From assembly GCA_020247305.1 (NCBI GenBank), contig JADCJE010000032.1, forward strand, positions 88,108 to 152,107: a stretch of 64,000 nt of DNA, read 5' to 3'. This document shows positions 26,052 to 34,662 of this stretch, one piece after another (positions within the stretch are counted from its first letter, which is position 1; every line of letters begins with the position of its first letter). The notes under the pieces were generated by a model. The model saw only the letters and a program-made list of their open reading frames with translations, did no database searches and was not told the origin of the DNA. Source of the DNA: Phycisphaerales bacterium (GTDB lineage Bacteria > Planctomycetota > UBA1135 > UBA2386). A program made the translations under genes and the position numbers.

Positions 26052-27540
26052 GAATCGGCTGGGTCAGGACCAGCACGGCGAGCAGCGGCTTCGCAGCAGC
26101 ATCCGCACCGTGATGCTCGCTATCGGTTGCGCAGTGGTCACGTCTCAACCCGCGTCTGCGCAAGCTGCAAGCGTCGATGCGACCGAGGCCATGGGAGCGG
26201 CCGATGCCAAGGACGATTTCCTGGCGGCGCGCATGCGTCCGATGTTCCTCGGCCGCGCGAGCGATCCCGTGGCCGGTTGGAACCTCGCCGCGTCGCTAGG
26301 ACCGGCGGCAAGCCCGGTGCTCTGGCGCCTGCTCGAAGGCCTGGCCGCAGGCGAGTCGCGTTTTGCCCTGCTGGCGGCGATCCAAGCCGCTGGCGGCGCC
26401 GGGGAGGACGACCGCATGCTGCGCTGGATCGACGCTCCCGGTCGGTCCGCGCGCGACCGCATGTTCGTCGCCTACCTGCTCGCCGCTGGCCCCGAACGCG
26501 CGCAGGCGCGGGCGGACCTGTACGCGCGGTTGCGCGGTCCGAACGACATGGCCGAGTTGCTCGCGAGGCTCGCGGCCGCGCGCTTCCCCGGCGTGGAGGG
26601 ACTGCCCGCGGTCCTCGCCGATGGCGACCAAGGACTGGCCGCCGCGGCGCTGTTCGCGGGCAGTGCGTTGCGCGAATCCCCACCGCGCGGCACGCGCCAT
26701 GAGGCCCTGTTCTGGCGCGGCGCCCTGCTCGGCGCCACACGCCAGCGGCAGGGGGGGGCGCTGCGGGAGCGCGCGCTGGCCTTGCGGCAGGAGCGCAGCG
26801 AGGGCTTCGCAGGCGTCAGGCAGGCTGCGAACTGGCTGCTGGCAGGACTGGCCGAACCGGCGCTGACCAATGCGCGGCCGGACGACGAGACCCTGGCGAT
26901 CCTCGTGGGTGATCCAGGCATGCGGACGCGGTCGGCGTCGGCCTTGGTGACGTCGCGGTCGCTGCGCGCCGAACCGGAACCGGCGATGGCCGTCGCCCTC
27001 GTGCTGGTCAGCGAGATCGACGAAGCGATCGCGTCGTGCGCGGCATGGGCTGCCGCGCCGAGCGCGCGCTCAGCTTGCTTCGCCCTGGCGTTCCGGTTGC
27101 TCGTCGATGGCAAGTCGGCGGCCGTTCCTTCGTTGCCCGGAGCGCCGACGTGGGCCGTCGTGCGCGCTGCAAGCGGCGCTGTCGTGGCAGGCTTCGCCGA
27201 CGTCGGGGACGAGGCCGTCGCCCGCGCGGCAGCGGCCTTCACGGCAGGGCGCCTGCCGGCCGCGGCGTTCGCGGATGCTCTCGAACTGGCGGTGTGGCGC
27301 GCGGGCGCGCATCCGGGACTCGTGCCTTGGCGGCTCGAACGCGACTTCGTGCGCGATCTGGTCCTGGCCGGCAGCCAGGAGGGCGGCGGCAGGTACCAGC
27401 CGCACATGCCGCCAGCGCAGCGCTACGTCTGCGCCGGCCTCGGTCGCGAGGAACCTTGGTTCCACGTTGCGATCGCCTTCCATGAGTGGCTCGCCACACC
27501 ACGTGGCGCGATCCCCGCTGCGGCTCGCTGGCCGCGTTGA
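26050..27540 (+). CDS. Hypothetical secreted helical-repeat (HEAT-like) protein
   Basis: Signal-like VMLAIGCAVVTSQPASAQA. Ala/Leu-rich repeats. High GC3. Start uncertain, because its ATG overlaps the divergent ATG. Confidence 0.5.
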   Translation: MNRLGQDQHGEQRLRSSIRTVMLAIGCAVVTSQPASAQAASVDATEAMGAADAKDDFLAARMRPMFLGRASDPVAGWNLAASLGPAASPVLWRLLEGLAAGESRFALLAAIQAAGGAGEDDRMLRWIDAPGRSARDRMFVAYLLAAGPERAQARADLYARLRGPNDMAELLARLAAARFPGVEGLPAVLADGDQGLAAAALFAGSALRESPPRGTRHEALFWRGALLGATRQRQGGALRERALALRQERSEGFAGVRQAANWLLAGLAEPALTNARPDDETLAILVGDPGMRTRSASALVTSRSLRAEPEPAMAVALVLVSEIDEAIASCAAWAAAPSARSACFALAFRLLVDGKSAAVPSLPGAPTWAVVRAASGAVVAGFADVGDEAVARAAAAFTAGRLPAAAFADALELAVWRAGAHPGLVPWRLERDFVRDLVLAGSQEGGGRYQPHMPPAQRYVCAGLGREEPWFHVAIAFHEWLATPRGAIPAAARWPR

Positions 27541-27577
27541 ACTTCGGCCTTGGCGCGGGGGCTGGCAGCGCACGTGC

Positions 27578-28708
27578 TCAAAGTCCGGCGACGAGCGCGG
27601 CGAATGCGGCGATGGTCTCGCTCGGCGTGTCCGGTCCCGGGCTGACACGGACGACACCCGAGACTTCCGCGCCGAAGTGGCGGTGCAGCCAAGGTGCGCA
27701 GTGGTGGCCCGTGCGGATCGTGAACCCCTCCATGCTGGCGATCGCTCCGATCTCAGCCGGCTCGTAGCCGGCGTGCCGGAAGGCAATGAGCGGCAGCCTG
27801 TCCGTTTCGGGCGCGGCCAGCACGTCGACGGCAGGGCAGGCGTTCAGCGCCGTTGCGAGTTCCTGCGCGCGCGCGCGCGCCGCCGCCAAGCGCCCCGCCG
27901 CGTCGACGCCGCGCCGCCAGCGCAAGGCGGCCGCGAGACCGAAGAGGCCAGGCGTGTTCGGCGTGCCGGCCTCGAAGGCGCGCGGCCACTCGATCGGGTG
28001 CGTGTCGAGCGCCCGACTGCTGCCGGTGCCGCCCTGCTTCTGCGGCGCGAGGTCGAGTCCGCTCCGCGCAACGACGAAGCCGACGGCCGGCGGCGACAAC
28101 AAGGCCTTGTGACAACTCGCCACCACGACGTCGGCCCCGACGTCGAGCGGGAGCAGTCCGGCGGTCTGGCTGGCATCGAGCAGCGTCCTGGCGCCCGCGG
28201 CGCGGGCAAGCGCGCAGCCGGCGGCCGCGTCGACGACCGCGCCGGTGACGTTGCTCGCGTGGTTGAGGGCCAGCAGCGCCGTCGGCGCCTCCGCGAGCGC
28301 TGCCGCCAACTCGGCGGTAGCGATGCCGCCGTCCCGCCCCGGAGCGACGATGCGCACGACGCATTCCCGGTCGCGCGCAAGCGCGAGCAGCGGCCGCGCC
28401 ATGGAACTGTGCTCGAAGGCCGTGGTCACGATCCGGTCGCCACGACGCAGCAGCGCGCGCAGGGCGAGGTTCAGGCCTTCCGTCGCACCCGAGCAGAAGG
28501 CGACGCGGTCCGCGGCCACGCCGCAGAGTCCCGCGATCCCCTCGCGCGCCGCAGCCACTTCGGCGTGCGCGACCTGCTGGCCCGGTCCTTCGCCGCGCTC
28601 CGCGGAGACGCCCACTTCCGTGAACCAGCGCGACACGGCAGCGGGCACTTCCGGCGGCTTCGGCCAGCTGGTCGCGGCGTGGTCGAGGTAGCGGGCGGCA
28701 TTCATCAT
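27578..28708 (-). CDS. Class-V aminotransferase, group II cysteine desulfurase (SufS/CsdA-like)
   Basis: PLP-Lys motif ASCHKAL. Active-site loop IRTGHHCAPWL. N-terminal YLDHAATS. Confidence 0.85.
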   Translation of the reverse strand: MMNAARYLDHAATSWPKPPEVPAAVSRWFTEVGVSAERGEGPGQQVAHAEVAAAREGIAGLCGVAADRVAFCSGATEGLNLALRALLRRGDRIVTTAFEHSSMARPLLALARDRECVVRIVAPGRDGGIATAELAAALAEAPTALLALNHASNVTGAVVDAAAGCALARAAGARTLLDASQTAGLLPLDVGADVVVASCHKALLSPPAVGFVVARSGLDLAPQKQGGTGSSRALDTHPIEWPRAFEAGTPNTPGLFGLAAALRWRRGVDAAGRLAAARARAQELATALNACPAVDVLAAPETDRLPLIAFRHAGYEPAEIGAIASMEGFTIRTGHHCAPWLHRHFGAEVSGVVRVSPGPDTPSETIAAFAALVAGL

Positions 28709-29748
28709 GCGCCGACCCAGCGATCGTAGAGGGCGCGGGCGCGCAACAAGTCCGCGACGCCGAACAGCAGCGCGCGTCCGTCACGGAAGACGCTGAAGCG
28801 GACGCCGTCCGCGTTGAAGCGGACGAGATGCGGGGTGCGCATCAGATCCGAGACCGCGGGCGCGACGCGGTCTGCGTACGCCGCGAGGTCGAACACGGCG
28901 CCGCGGGCTGGCTCGACCTGGACGGCGTCGCGTCCGCACAGCGTGGTCGCGACGCCGACGTCGACGTCGCGGAGCGCCGGAAACTCGCGCCGCGCGCAGC
29001 ATGGGCACGTCGTCGACGGCGGTCCGACGAGGTCGGCGACACCGTAGCGCCCGCGCCACACGTCGACGGTGAGCGCGCCGCGCGTCGGCGGCGCGCCGAC
29101 CAGCGCCTTGATCGCCTCCGCGACCTGGAAGGCCGCGACCACGGCGATGGCGGGCGCGAGGATGCCTTGCGTCTCGCAGTTGCCGACTTCGGCTGCCGCA
29201 GGCGGATCCGGCCACACGCAGCGCAGGCACGGTCCATCGACCGGGAAGGCCATTGCCACGGCCTCGGCGCCGACGGCGCCGGCGTAGATCCAGGGCACCT
29301 GCGCCGACCGGCACCAATCGTTGATCAGGTACCGCGTGTGGAAGTTGTCGGTGCCGTCCAGGACCACGTCGGGCTGGACGGGCAAGCGCGCAAGGAACGC
29401 CCCGGAACACTGGGCCACGAACGGGACGACCGCCACCTCGTGGTTGACTTCACCGAGACGCTGCGCGGCCGCGACGGCCTTGGGCAGACCGGCGATCGCG
29501 TCGGCTTCGCGGAACAGGACCTGGCGCTGCAGATTGCTCCATTCCACGACGTCGCGGTCGACGACCAGCAGACGGCCGACACCGGCGCGGGTGAGCGCGT
29601 CGAGTGCATGCGTGCCAAGTGCGCCGCAACCGACGACCAGGACGGTCGCTTCGCGCAAGCGGGTCTGGCCCGTTTCGCCGATGCCGGCAACCCGTCGCTG
29701 TCGGCTGTAGCGGTCAGGTTGGCCCAATGGACTCCTGGGGCCGGTCAT
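28705..29748 (-). CDS. ThiF/MoeB-family adenylyltransferase (E1-like)
   Basis: YSRQ...VLVVGCGALGTH...VVDRDVVEWSNLQRQ. Two CxxC pairs (CLRC, CPCC). ATGA overlap with the desulfurase gene. Confidence 0.85.
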   Translation of the reverse strand: MTGPRSPLGQPDRYSRQRRVAGIGETGQTRLREATVLVVGCGALGTHALDALTRAGVGRLLVVDRDVVEWSNLQRQVLFREADAIAGLPKAVAAAQRLGEVNHEVAVVPFVAQCSGAFLARLPVQPDVVLDGTDNFHTRYLINDWCRSAQVPWIYAGAVGAEAVAMAFPVDGPCLRCVWPDPPAAAEVGNCETQGILAPAIAVVAAFQVAEAIKALVGAPPTRGALTVDVWRGRYGVADLVGPPSTTCPCCARREFPALRDVDVGVATTLCGRDAVQVEPARGAVFDLAAYADRVAPAVSDLMRTPHLVRFNADGVRFSVFRDGRALLFGVADLLRARALYDRWVGA

Positions 29749-29772
29749 CCCTAGCCGACCGGCGATCGGCGG

Positions 29773-30018
29773 CTACTTCTTGGCGTAGTGGTCGCGGTTG
29801 ACCTGGGCGAAGTGCTTCCACTCCGCCGGCAAGTCCTCTTCCGCGAAGATGGCCTGGACGGGGCATGCGTCGACGCAGAGGGTGCAGTCGATGCAGTCGT
29901 TCGGGTTGATGTACAGCTGCGGGTCGGCGTCGCCGCCGTGGATGCAGTCCACGGGGCAGACGTCGACGCAGGCCTTGTCCTTCACACCGATGCAGGGTTG
30001 GGCGATGACGTGCGTCAT
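29773..30018 (-). CDS. fdxA: 7Fe-type ferredoxin (FdxA-like), 81 aa
   Basis: MTHVIAQPCIGVKDKACVDVCPVDCI...CIDCTLCVDACPVQAI cysteine pattern. The longer ORF-track version would run into the tRNA. Confidence 0.85.
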   Translation of the reverse strand: MTHVIAQPCIGVKDKACVDVCPVDCIHGGDADPQLYINPNDCIDCTLCVDACPVQAIFAEEDLPAEWKHFAQVNRDHYAKK

Positions 30019-30113
30019 GTCAGTTGTTGGGCGGCCAGCGTAGCGGCGGATCGTCGCGATGCCACCGGCGAGCGAAGTCGCCGGTGGCCGCGCGCGCGGC
30101 GTCGCCTGGCGAA

Positions 30114-30200
30114 TGGTGCGAGAGCAGGGACTTGAACCCTGAAGGGCTTGCGCCCGCAGGTACCTAAAACCTGTGCGTCTGCCAGTTCCGCCACTCTCGC
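30114..30200 (-). tRNA. tRNA-Leu (anticodon TAG), CCA encoded
   Basis: Manual fold. Acceptor GCGAGAG/CTCTCGC, D-arm TGGCGGAACTGGCAGACGC, anticodon stem CAGGT/ACCTG with loop TTTAGGT, long variable arm, T-arm AGGG-TTCAAGT-CCCT. Confidence 0.9.
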
Positions 30201-30343
30201 ATGGCATCGCACCTTACCGGCGGCGGCCGGCGTGAGGGAAGCCCGCATTGGGACAACGAGCCGCCGCTGATGAAGGGGGTGTCGGGGGGGCGTCGATCCG
30301 GCTGCTGCATCGCGTCCGCCCAGGGGTGCGTGCCCAAGCAACC

Positions 30344-33064
30344 ATGACGAGCACCAGACCGGCCTTTCTTCCTACTTGGCGACGCGCCACCGCCGTTCTC
30401 GCATTCGGCTTCGGAGTTGCTGCGTGCGGATCGGGCGGTGAGTCTACCGGGCTCCTCGGTGCAAGCAGTGCCCAGCAGGTCGGCAGCAATGGTCCGGCCG
30501 GCGGCTTGCCGAACGAGCAACCTACCAGCGGGGGCAATGGCACCGAGCCGAGCTCCGGCGGCGGCGGCACTTCGACCGGCGGCGGCACGAGCTCGGGCGG
30601 CGGCAGCGAGCCGCCGAGCGGCGGCGGTACTTCGACCGGCGGCGGCACGAGCTCGGGTGGCGGCGGCGAGCCGCCGAGCGGCGGCGGCACTTCGACCGGC
30701 GGCGGCACGAGCTCGAGCGGCGGCGGCACTTCGACCGGCGGCGGCACGAGCTCGGGTGGCGGCGGCGAGCCGCCGAGCGGCGGCGGCACTTCGACCGGCG
30801 GTGGCACGAGCTCGGGTGGCGGCGGCGAGCCGCCGAGCGGCGGCGGCACTTCGACCGGCGGCGGCACGAGCTCGGGCGGCACGGGCGGCGGCACCAGCGG
30901 CGGTGGACCTGCCGGGCCCGGCGGCATCGGCAATCCGCTGCCCAGCACCCTCGACTTCAAGGTCACGAACGAAGCGAGCACCGCCCGCACCGAGACCATC
31001 CGGGCTTCGGTGCCGTTCCCGAAGGGTTCCTACACGACGGCGCAGTTGGCGAACCTCGCCATCAGCGGCCATCAGACGTCCTGGCTGCCCCTGCAGCTGT
31101 GGGCGGACGGCACGGTGAAGGTCGCGCAGGCGCAGTTCACGGACGAGTTGCAGGCAGGTCAGTCAAAGACCTACACGGTCGCGAGCGGTGTGCAGGCGCT
31201 GGCAGGCGGCTTCGTGCGCAATGCCTGGGTCGCGCAGGCCGCTGCGACGCTCGAGTTCGGCGCCGAGGTGCGCGACACCTTCCAGGTGCCGTACCGTGCG
31301 GTCGCCAGCGGCTTCGGCGAGGTCCTGCAGGCCACGCCGCTCGTCCAGGTCTCGCGCCATCGGACGTACCACCAACCGCTCGCCGGACAGACCGGCATCG
31401 GTCGCGACTACCTCACGTCGACGTTCTACGTCACCGAGTTCCGCGACGCGCCCTACGTCGTCGTCGACTGGGTGCTGGGCAACGACTACCTCGGCGCTGA
31501 CAACGTGCCCACGGGCAACACCGATCCCAACCTCGTCGCCCTCGGCAATGCCGACGTTCGCGGGGCTTGGTTCCTGTTCCGGGGCGCGGCAGGTTGCCTG
31601 CCGTACCGGAGCCAGACGGAGGGCATCAGCGATTCCGAGGCGATGGCGGGCGGCTTCTCAGGCCATCGCGTGATGACGGACACGTGGCTGGGGGACGCGC
31701 AGACGCGGCGCTACCGCTTCCTGCTGCGGTGCGAGGATCCCAATGCGACCGGCGCCGAGATCGCCAAGTGGCGGACCACGGCCGACGCCATGATCACCAA
31801 GCCCTGCTTCGCGATCGCCTCGCAGGCGGCTTGGCAGGCCACGCGCGCCGCGGGCCTCGTCGGCGGCCCGATCGCCGGACCGACCGACGCCGCGACGCGC
31901 GCCGCCGCCGAACTGGCGAGTTGGAGCGCGACCAGCGCCAACTTCGGCACGTGGGGCAGCCGCGGCGACGCACTGGTCACCGAGACGACCGGCACGCCGC
32001 GCAACCATCCGCTCAGTCCGGAACTGGCGCACGCGATCCAGGGCAATCACCCGCAACTGCTGCTGAAGCTGGAGCAGATGGCTTGGGCGCAGGCTCTGCG
32101 CCCGTACCACCTCTACGGTCTGCAGGTAGGCGCCGAGCAGCAGATCATCCTCTGGGACGGCGTGCCCATGCTCATCGTGCCCGGCGAGAAGCTCGGTCGC
32201 TTGCGCCTGCGCGACCAGGATCCGTACCCGCAGTACCGGACGCTCAGCTCTGGGCAGCCGCGCGCGCATGGCTGGGGCCACTTCGACCACGAGCACTGGT
32301 CGACGGACCTGCTGTTCGACTACTGGACGATCAGCGGCGACGCGTGGGCCCAGGAGGAACTGCGGCAGCTCGGCCAGAGCCTCAAGGGCCTGATGCGCCT
32401 GACCTACTACTACACCGCGAACATCCAGGCTGCGCGGGCCGAGGGCTGGTGCATGCAGGGCTTCGCGCAGTGCTACCAGGCGACGCGCGATGCCGCGCTG
32501 AAGACGTACGCCATGCGCCGGGTGAACGAGATCGTCGAGCCGCAGCGCAAGAAGAACCACGCCAGCAAGGCGATGACGTTCCAGGCCAACTACCTCAATA
32601 CCGGCTACCCGATGAACCACGAGTTCTTCATGCCTTGGCAGCATGGGGCGGTGCTCTACGGATATCTCGGCGCGTACGAGTCCTTCGGCGAGCCGCTGCT
32701 GCGCACGATCGCGACCGACGTCGTGCAGACCGTCGCGTACTCGTGGGTCACGAACTACCAGTCGCCGCAGTTCGGCTTCGTCGCCGAGGGCCTGCGCTAC
32801 TACACGCCGGCTTCGCACAACACCGTGCCGGTCGCAGCCAACTACTGGGACGGCCTGGCGCAAGGCGTCAAGTTCGGCGACTCGCCGCTCGGCGGCGCCC
32901 ACGGCTTCCTGATCGGCGGCCTGCACCTGCTCGCCGAACAGACGCCGGATCCGGCGGTCCGCACGCAGGCGCTGCACTACGGCGGGCTGCTCCGCGGTCC
33001 GGTCAATTCGCTCGATCGCTGGTACAAGTGGAACTATTGCCTGCCGCAGCAGTACGCGCAGTAG
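30344..33064 (+). CDS. Large secreted lipoprotein with a Gly/Ser/Thr tandem-repeat linker and an uncharacterised ~650-aa C-terminal domain
   Basis: Lipobox AFGFGVAAC|GSG. Five to six copies of GGGTSTGGGTSSGGGxEPPS. The C-terminal region has no motif I can name. Confidence 0.7.
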   Translation: MTSTRPAFLPTWRRATAVLAFGFGVAACGSGGESTGLLGASSAQQVGSNGPAGGLPNEQPTSGGNGTEPSSGGGGTSTGGGTSSGGGSEPPSGGGTSTGGGTSSGGGGEPPSGGGTSTGGGTSSSGGGTSTGGGTSSGGGGEPPSGGGTSTGGGTSSGGGGEPPSGGGTSTGGGTSSGGTGGGTSGGGPAGPGGIGNPLPSTLDFKVTNEASTARTETIRASVPFPKGSYTTAQLANLAISGHQTSWLPLQLWADGTVKVAQAQFTDELQAGQSKTYTVASGVQALAGGFVRNAWVAQAAATLEFGAEVRDTFQVPYRAVASGFGEVLQATPLVQVSRHRTYHQPLAGQTGIGRDYLTSTFYVTEFRDAPYVVVDWVLGNDYLGADNVPTGNTDPNLVALGNADVRGAWFLFRGAAGCLPYRSQTEGISDSEAMAGGFSGHRVMTDTWLGDAQTRRYRFLLRCEDPNATGAEIAKWRTTADAMITKPCFAIASQAAWQATRAAGLVGGPIAGPTDAATRAAAELASWSATSANFGTWGSRGDALVTETTGTPRNHPLSPELAHAIQGNHPQLLLKLEQMAWAQALRPYHLYGLQVGAEQQIILWDGVPMLIVPGEKLGRLRLRDQDPYPQYRTLSSGQPRAHGWGHFDHEHWSTDLLFDYWTISGDAWAQEELRQLGQSLKGLMRLTYYYTANIQAARAEGWCMQGFAQCYQATRDAALKTYAMRRVNEIVEPQRKKNHASKAMTFQANYLNTGYPMNHEFFMPWQHGAVLYGYLGAYESFGEPLLRTIATDVVQTVAYSWVTNYQSPQFGFVAEGLRYYTPASHNTVPVAANYWDGLAQGVKFGDSPLGGAHGFLIGGLHLLAEQTPDPAVRTQALHYGGLLRGPVNSLDRWYKWNYCLPQQYAQ
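30557..30880. repeat. In-frame ~60-nt tandem repeat (about 5.5 copies) inside the lipoprotein gene
   Basis: Near-identical units ggcggcggcacttcgaccggcggcggcacgagctcgggyggcggcrgcgagccgccgagc read directly from the sequence. Confidence 0.85.
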
Positions 33065-33067
33065 CGA

Positions 33068-33676
33068 TCATGCGCCGATCGCCGGCCACGAGACGATGCG
33101 GCCGCAGCGGCACGGATGGTCGCCGTGGGGCACGACCCCTGCGACGGCGCGCGCGACGACCTCGCCGCATCTGCATACGGCGCCGACGAGCCGCGCCGGG
33201 TTGCCGACGACGAGGCCGTGCGGCGGCACGTCGGCCGTGACGACACTGCCCATGCCGACCATGCAGAAGGCGCCGATCTCGAGGCCTGGACCGATCGTCG
33301 CGTTCGCCCCGATCGTCGCGCCGCGGCGCACCACGGTCGTCAGCGTCGCAGCAGTCGGAGCGCTGGTCTGCAGCGCCGTGACATCCGGATCGGTCGCGCG
33401 CGGGTGCAGGTCGTTGGTGAAGACCGCGTGCGCCGCCACCATGACTCCCGACTCGAGCGTCACGCCGGCGCACAGGTACACGCAGGCGTTCAGCTTGCAC
33501 AGGTCGCCGACGACCACGTCGTAGGCGATGTAGGCCTTCTCGCCGACGATGCAGTCGCGGCCGATGCGAGCGCCGCGACGGACGTGGGCGCTGTCCCAAA
33601 CCGCCGTGCCGGCGCCCAGTGCGACGCCTTCCTCCACCAGGGCGGTGGGGTGGACCCGCGGCGGGTTCGGCGTCAT
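33068..33676 (-). CDS. Left-handed beta-helix (hexapeptide) N-acetyltransferase, WbpD/WlbB-like
   Basis: Hexapeptide repeats, ...VFTNDLHPRA...GATIGANATIG...VGNPARLVG. ATGA overlap with the upstream oxidoreductase gene. Confidence 0.8.
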   Translation of the reverse strand: MTPNPPRVHPTALVEEGVALGAGTAVWDSAHVRRGARIGRDCIVGEKAYIAYDVVVGDLCKLNACVYLCAGVTLESGVMVAAHAVFTNDLHPRATDPDVTALQTSAPTAATLTTVVRRGATIGANATIGPGLEIGAFCMVGMGSVVTADVPPHGLVVGNPARLVGAVCRCGEVVARAVAGVVPHGDHPCRCGRIVSWPAIGA

Positions 33677-34662
33677 TGCACCGCCTCCGGAACGTCGATC
33701 CAGCGCGACTCGCGCTCGGAGCGGTAGGCGCAGTCGACGACGACGACCGACGCCATGGCGTCCGCGTCGTCGATCACCGGCGAGCCGCCGGCGATGGCCG
33801 CGGCGAAGTCCGCCAGTTGCCCGGCGAAGGCGGCGACCTTGTCGTAGCCGGCGCCGAGGGGCCGCCAATCGCCGCCGACCGGTTTCCAGCGGGAAGCCCG
33901 CCAACCGACTTCGACCGTGCCGCGGGTGCCGTGCACGCGCACGTAGCTGTCGGTCTCCTTGTGGACGCTCCACGACAGGTCGATGGAGCCCAGCGCGCCG
34001 CTGCGGCTCGTGAACAGCAACCGCGCGGTGTCCTCGACAGCGATGGCCTGGGCGCGCCGGCCGAACTGCGCCTGGACGCGCGCGATGGGACCGAGCAGGA
34101 AGCGGGCGATGTCGACGCTGTGGCAGCCGTTGTCGATCAGCACGCCGCCGCCGCTCTGCGTCGGCTCGGCGTTCCAGCGCCGCGTCATGTCGACGTGCGA
34201 GCAGAAGACGTTCTCGTACAGCACGACGTCGCCGCACGCGCCGTCCCGCAGCAGGCGATGGGCGATGGCCACGTCGGGCGTGTAGCGGAACTTGCTGCCC
34301 ATCATCAGCCGGCGGCCGGCGGCGTGCGCGGCCGCGAGCATGCGTTCGGCGGCAGCGATCGTTGGGGCGAGCGGCTTCTCGCACAGCACGTGCAGGCCGG
34401 CGGCGGACAGCCTCGTCGCCAGCGCTTCGTGGCTCGCCGGCGGCGTCAGCACCAGCGCGGCATCGCACCCGGGGCCGCTGGTCAGGAAGTCCTGGAGCGT
34501 CGCAAAGCGCGGCACGCCATCCGGGGTGACGCGCTTTGCGTCGGGTTCGACCACCGCAGCGAGCGCGAACTGTGGCGTGCGCGCCAGCGCCTGCAGGTAG
34601 GCAATGGCGATCCCGCCGCAACCGACGAGCAGCAGGCGCAGCGGGGGCACGGCGTCAGGCAT
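33673..34662 (-). CDS. Gfo/Idh/MocA-family NAD-dependent sugar oxidoreductase (WbpB-like)
   Basis: Rossmann N-terminus LRLLLVGCGGIAIAY, EKPLA motif. 8-nt overlap with the upstream gene. Confidence 0.8.
   Translation of the reverse strand: MPDAVPPLRLLLVGCGGIAIAYLQALARTPQFALAAVVEPDAKRVTPDGVPRFATLQDFLTSGPGCDAALVLTPPASHEALATRLSAAGLHVLCEKPLAPTIAAAERMLAAAHAAGRRLMMGSKFRYTPDVAIAHRLLRDGACGDVVLYENVFCSHVDMTRRWNAEPTQSGGGVLIDNGCHSVDIARFLLGPIARVQAQFGRRAQAIAVEDTARLLFTSRSGALGSIDLSWSVHKETDSYVRVHGTRGTVEVGWRASRWKPVGGDWRPLGAGYDKVAAFAGQLADFAAAIAGGSPVIDDADAMASVVVVDCAYRSERESRWIDVPEAVQ

Noticed and set aside
26049-26052. Divergent gene pairs whose longest-ORF start codons overlap on a CATG palindrome. This is also seen at 17839-17842 and 62914-62917.
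   Set aside because: It is most simply an artefact of choosing the longest ORF. In each case at least one partner has a plausible internal start (25949, 17778, or a later start for the zinc-ribbon gene) that leaves room for promoters. It is not evidence of a special overlapping-start mechanism.
29773-30207. 144-aa ORF-track version of the ferredoxin gene.
   Set aside because: Its N-terminal 63 codons run through tRNA-Leu(TAG) at 30114-30200. The conserved ferredoxin begins at MTHVIAQPC (30018).
30557-30880. Regularly spaced repeats that might be mistaken for a CRISPR array.
   Set aside because: The units are contiguous with no unique spacers, are in frame, and encode a G/S/T-rich linker inside a gene that has a lipoprotein signal. 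This is a coding tandem repeat.
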